Positions 37,477-40,425 of a DNA stretch of 40,425 nt are shown here, piece by piece. Position 1 is the stretch's first letter. Each line of letters opens with the position of its first letter. Origin of the DNA: Candidatus Microgenomates bacterium (GTDB lineage Bacteria > Patescibacteriota > Microgenomatia > UBA8517); contig JBEKNE010000001.1 in NCBI GenBank assembly GCA_049523135.1, positions 608,809 to 649,233 on the forward strand, given 5' to 3'. A program made the translations under genes and the position numbers. The notes under the pieces are model-generated. The model made no database searches and had not been told where the DNA came from. It saw only the letters and a list, made by a program, of their open reading frames with translations.

Positions 37477-37502
37477 CTACATTTATTTTATCACTGTATT
37501 TA

Positions 37503-38528
37503 TCATTCCGAGTCAGTTACACATCTAAAACCGATATCATCTATGTTTGTTTTCCCGGGGATTGGCTGCATATGAACTGTAAATGCCCCGCTGTCGTATC
37601 CATGCCGCCAGTTCCCTCCCCTAATATAGGTGTATTCGGTAGTATCGCTATCGCCTACCGAGTTGTAGTGAAAAATTCTTCCAACCCCATTTTTTGAATT
37701 CCAATTCACATCCGTAGGACTGTAATCGGCATTATAAGGAACTGTCTGAAACTCAGCCCAAACCCAAGCGCTTCCCCCCAGATTCGGAGATAGCGACCGA
37801 GGTTCATCTTTTCTTTCAATTTTGGCGTCAACCCATTGCCAGACATTTCCGGCAAAATCCCAGATTATTTCCCCATTTTCTAAAGTTAAAGTTCTTTTCT
37901 GGGAACCCTTAACACCACAAGTATTTGATCCACCGGAAGAAGTCTCATAGCAGGGTTCACTGTCAGGTCCCGCCGGAAGGGCTTTATTTGGGATTGAGTC
38001 ATTGTGTCCATTTGCCAAAATCTTTCCGGCAGTTCCCGGAGGGTTACCACAGTTGGTTCCGTCCCTGTCGCACCAATTTGCAGAAACTTTGGCAACATCG
38101 TTGGCAATTGTCATCCACTCCGAATTTGTCATTAAATGCCAGCCGTTAGCGAGGCAGTAAGCTTTTGCACTCTCACCCGTTCCGTCGTCTTCGGGAATAT
38201 AAGTAATCGGGGCTCCGGAGGCAACCGAAATCACTTGAAAATTTCCCCGACATGCACATCCCGGCGCATTATTTTTGTAAACTCCCTCACTAGTGATACA
38301 TTTCGGGTCTGTATTTGTGCACTTGGCGTCATACTTCATAACACAAAAGTCCGAGACCAAAATAAACCCGTCGGGACAATTTTTTTGAATATTTTGGAGG
38401 GATTGCTTTGTGGATTCCGGCGTAGACGTCGTCTTATTTTCTGTTCCGATAAAAACCAACACACCCGCAAAACAAATAACGATAAAGATAAACGGAATAA
38501 CTAAAAAAATCTTCTTTTTGAACATCAT
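37503..38528 (-). CDS. Cys-rich FGE-sulfatase/CLec-fold surface protein
   Basis: TM, CPDGF, FCVMKYDAK, GWHLMTNSEW, AGNVWQW, RGGNW, IGFRC. Confidence 0.85.
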   Translation of the reverse strand: MMFKKKIFLVIPFIFIVICFAGVLVFIGTENKTTSTPESTKQSLQNIQKNCPDGFILVSDFCVMKYDAKCTNTDPKCITSEGVYKNNAPGCACRGNFQVISVASGAPITYIPEDDGTGESAKAYCLANGWHLMTNSEWMTIANDVAKVSANWCDRDGTNCGNPPGTAGKILANGHNDSIPNKALPAGPDSEPCYETSSGGSNTCGVKGSQKRTLTLENGEIIWDFAGNVWQWVDAKIERKDEPRSLSPNLGGSAWVWAEFQTVPYNADYSPTDVNWNSKNGVGRIFHYNSVGDSDTTEYTYIRGGNWRHGYDSGAFTVHMQPIPGKTNIDDIGFRCVTDSE

Positions 38529-38938
38529 GAATCGGGCTCAGATTTTTTCTGTAGGAGTATTCCCAAAATGAAAACAGTAATCATGTCCAGTTGGCAAAGA
38601 ATGCAGACCGGGCAAACTACATGCAGTTGAAAGAGCTCCCTATAGGCAATATAAAGACAAAAAGCAAGTCCAAAGGAAGACATTCCCAAAACCAATTTTG
38701 CATTCTTTCGGAAAGCCCCGATCAAAATAAATACATAGCCGACAAGGCCGACCAGGGGCGTCGGAATTCCTAAGGTTTTTGCAACCAATCCATTAATGAT
38801 TGCGTTGCAGTTAACAGTCGAGTTTATGTTGCAGGGCTGAAAGCTCGGGTGGAAAAACTGCTCCCAAAGAAGAAAGACCGCCAACCCTATTCCCAAAATA
38901 GCCAAAATCTTAACCCAATCAAAATATTTTTCTTTCAT
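38525..38938 (-). CDS. Vitamin K epoxide reductase (VKOR) family protein
   Basis: Loop pair CNINSTVNC, GIPTPLVG, CPVC, four TM. Confidence 0.9.
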   Translation of the reverse strand: MKEKYFDWVKILAILGIGLAVFLLWEQFFHPSFQPCNINSTVNCNAIINGLVAKTLGIPTPLVGLVGYVFILIGAFRKNAKLVLGMSSFGLAFCLYIAYRELFQLHVVCPVCILCQLDMITVFILGILLQKKSEPDS

Positions 38939-38971
38939 AGAATCAATTATAACAGACTTAAGAAGAAGAAA

Positions 38972-39460
38972 TTATTGAGTAGAAGTCGGAGATCCCTGAG
39001 GCCTGAAAGATACAGGATTAAGTTGAACGCTCCCCGCGGTTACGCTTCCGTCAGAATTTGCGGTACCGGCAACTGCAACGTTTATACCTGTCTTAATATC
39101 GGTAACTGCTGCACTGGCTGTATTGGTATAAGTTGTTGAACCTGAAAGAAGAACAATTTTAGTGCTTCCGTTAGCAAGCTTAACTGTCATTGAATTGCTG
39201 TCAACCGAAAGAACACTTCCTGTTACCATTCCCCCGCCGCTCAACCTGGCCGCGTTTCCTGTCTGACCACCTGTTCTTGTACCTCCGACATATCTCTGAA
39301 AATTGCCGCTGGCACCATTCCCGCCTGCAGTAAAGGCACTGCGGGTTTTGCTTAACTGGTAATTCCTGAACTCAAGACCGCCGAAAAATCCCGCGGCGAG
39401 TCCTAAAACGACACAGATAATGGGAACAATTATTTTTGTGTTTTTCTTAGCGTTTTCCAT
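38972..39460 (-). CDS. Single-TM protein with Gly-rich linker and DUF5666-like OB domain
   Basis: AGFFGG TM; TGSVLSVD..TVKL..G..DIKTG..DGSVTA..VQL. Confidence 0.75.
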   Translation of the reverse strand: MENAKKNTKIIVPIICVVLGLAAGFFGGLEFRNYQLSKTRSAFTAGGNGASGNFQRYVGGTRTGGQTGNAARLSGGGMVTGSVLSVDSNSMTVKLANGSTKIVLLSGSTTYTNTASAAVTDIKTGINVAVAGTANSDGSVTAGSVQLNPVSFRPQGSPTSTQ

Positions 39461-39522
39461 ATCTTTATGTATGTTATATGCCCTTCCTGAGAGAAAGCTT
39501 AAGAAATTACAAGCAAATCGTT

Positions 39523-39879
39523 CTACTCCCTGAGTTTATAAAATCCAATCAATAAGGGCAGGACTAGAGTCAACGCGTAATACACATAAACATCCAACTT
39601 GTAATACCCCGTCGATTTGAAAAGCAGCACTATAAAAATGTAATCAAACACAACCGCAATAATTGCCCAAATTACACCCAAAAGTGCATAGTCTTTGAAG
39701 GATTCAAGTTTTACGATTTTGATTAAAACCCAAAGAGTGATAAGAATTCCGATTGGAGTAATCACCCAGCCGATCATGTTTTGCGGGACTATTGCAAAAA
39801 GGACTATTCCCAAAACGTAGCCGATAAACCAAAGCCCTATTCCCCACCCAACCCCATATTTCCAAAATCCTTTCTTCAT
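39523..39879 (-). CDS. Four-TM hypothetical membrane protein
   Basis: Four hydrophobic segments; GAGG before ATG 39879. Confidence 0.8.
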   Translation of the reverse strand: MKKGFWKYGVGWGIGLWFIGYVLGIVLFAIVPQNMIGWVITPIGILITLWVLIKIVKLESFKDYALLGVIWAIIAVVFDYIFIVLLFKSTGYYKLDVYVYYALTLVLPLLIGFYKLRE

Positions 39880-39995
39880 CTTCCTCACATCCTTACTTAT
39901 TTATAATAACATTTCTAATTCAGCTTGGAGTGAGAAGCAAGAAAACCGGGGCAGGTTTTGGAAATAAATCTTTTGTCTAAACCACCGTATCATAC

Positions 39996-40024
39996 TTGAC
40001 ACTTTGGAAGCAGTACATTATCCT
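39996..40024 (+). promoter_or_regulatory. Sigma70-type promoter
   Basis: TTGACA, 17 nt, TATCCT; 10 nt before ATG 40035. Confidence 0.55.
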
Positions 40025-40034
40025 CTTTTCAAAG

Positions 40035-40364
40035 ATGTCAGTTGAATCAGATTCCCATGATACTTATCTAAATATTATCCTTACGGCTGCCAGTCTTGGG
40101 CCGGCAGACCATACATTCGCCATACTACGCGGCGGACAAGGAGACGTCTCTTGGGGATATGTTCCGCGTAAAGATATTATCCTCGATGGACAAGAAGTGA
40201 AACCCGAACTCACTGCAAAATTAAAAGTTAAAGTCATTAAAAGTGGAGACAAATGGGATCTGGCGGAAGTGGAGATAAAACCCGGAATAATATTGCCGCT
40301 TAGAATAGATAAAGAAACTCACGAATTGCTTCCCATCGGTACCGAGCCGATTTATCACGAATAA
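40035..40364 (+). CDS. Hypothetical protein
   Basis: 109-aa ORF from ATG 40035; the ORF-track TTG start is the -35 box itself. Confidence 0.65.
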   Translation: MSVESDSHDTYLNIILTAASLGPADHTFAILRGGQGDVSWGYVPRKDIILDGQEVKPELTAKLKVKVIKSGDKWDLAEVEIKPGIILPLRIDKETHELLPIGTEPIYHE

Positions 40365-40425
40365 TCATATCCTCAATTCCTTTATCAGACGTGGGCCTTT
40401 TAGGATAGACTTATTAGGGTAAGGG

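Overview
AT-rich bacterial DNA, standard genetic code (TGA is used as stop). Gene content and style (streamlined translation genes, very short or absent leaders, GGTGA-type RBSs, orphan receiver domains) suggest a Patescibacteria/CPR genome, probably Microgenomates; this taxon call is inference. (1) 1-8320 is a core block: a structured ~190-nt RNA-like element, a HisRS lacking its anticodon-binding domain, an EamA transporter, bL31 with a long tail, an RF1 lacking domain 1, HtrA and CtpA proteases, rpsF-ssb-rpsR and ychF. (2) 8339-11920 looks like a decayed mobile-element scar upstream of ychF: a replication-relaxation gene with no ATG for its N-terminus and an AAA/DUF4143 ATPase, bracketed by two homologous orphan peptides. 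(3) 11918-22861 holds a polysaccharide deacetylase, a PAS/histidine kinase/three-receiver operon, a class F sortase with an LPNTG-tailed ice-binding-like protein, and small stress-type membrane proteins. (4) 22952-37050 is the best candidate for an undescribed system: a 68-aa VPEFG-CTERM mini-substrate plus an exosortase/archaeosortase, converging on an archaeal-flavoured glycosylation operon (DUF2206, tandem DUF1616-like, DPM1-like GT2, four GT4s, epimerase), followed by a membrane-anchored collagen/S74 fibre protein. (5) 37189-40364 holds VKOR, a Cys-rich FGE-sulfatase/CLec protein and hypotheticals. I saw no rRNA, tRNA, CRISPR array, integrase, transposase or reverse transcriptase. All family calls come from motifs recognised by eye; no searches were run.
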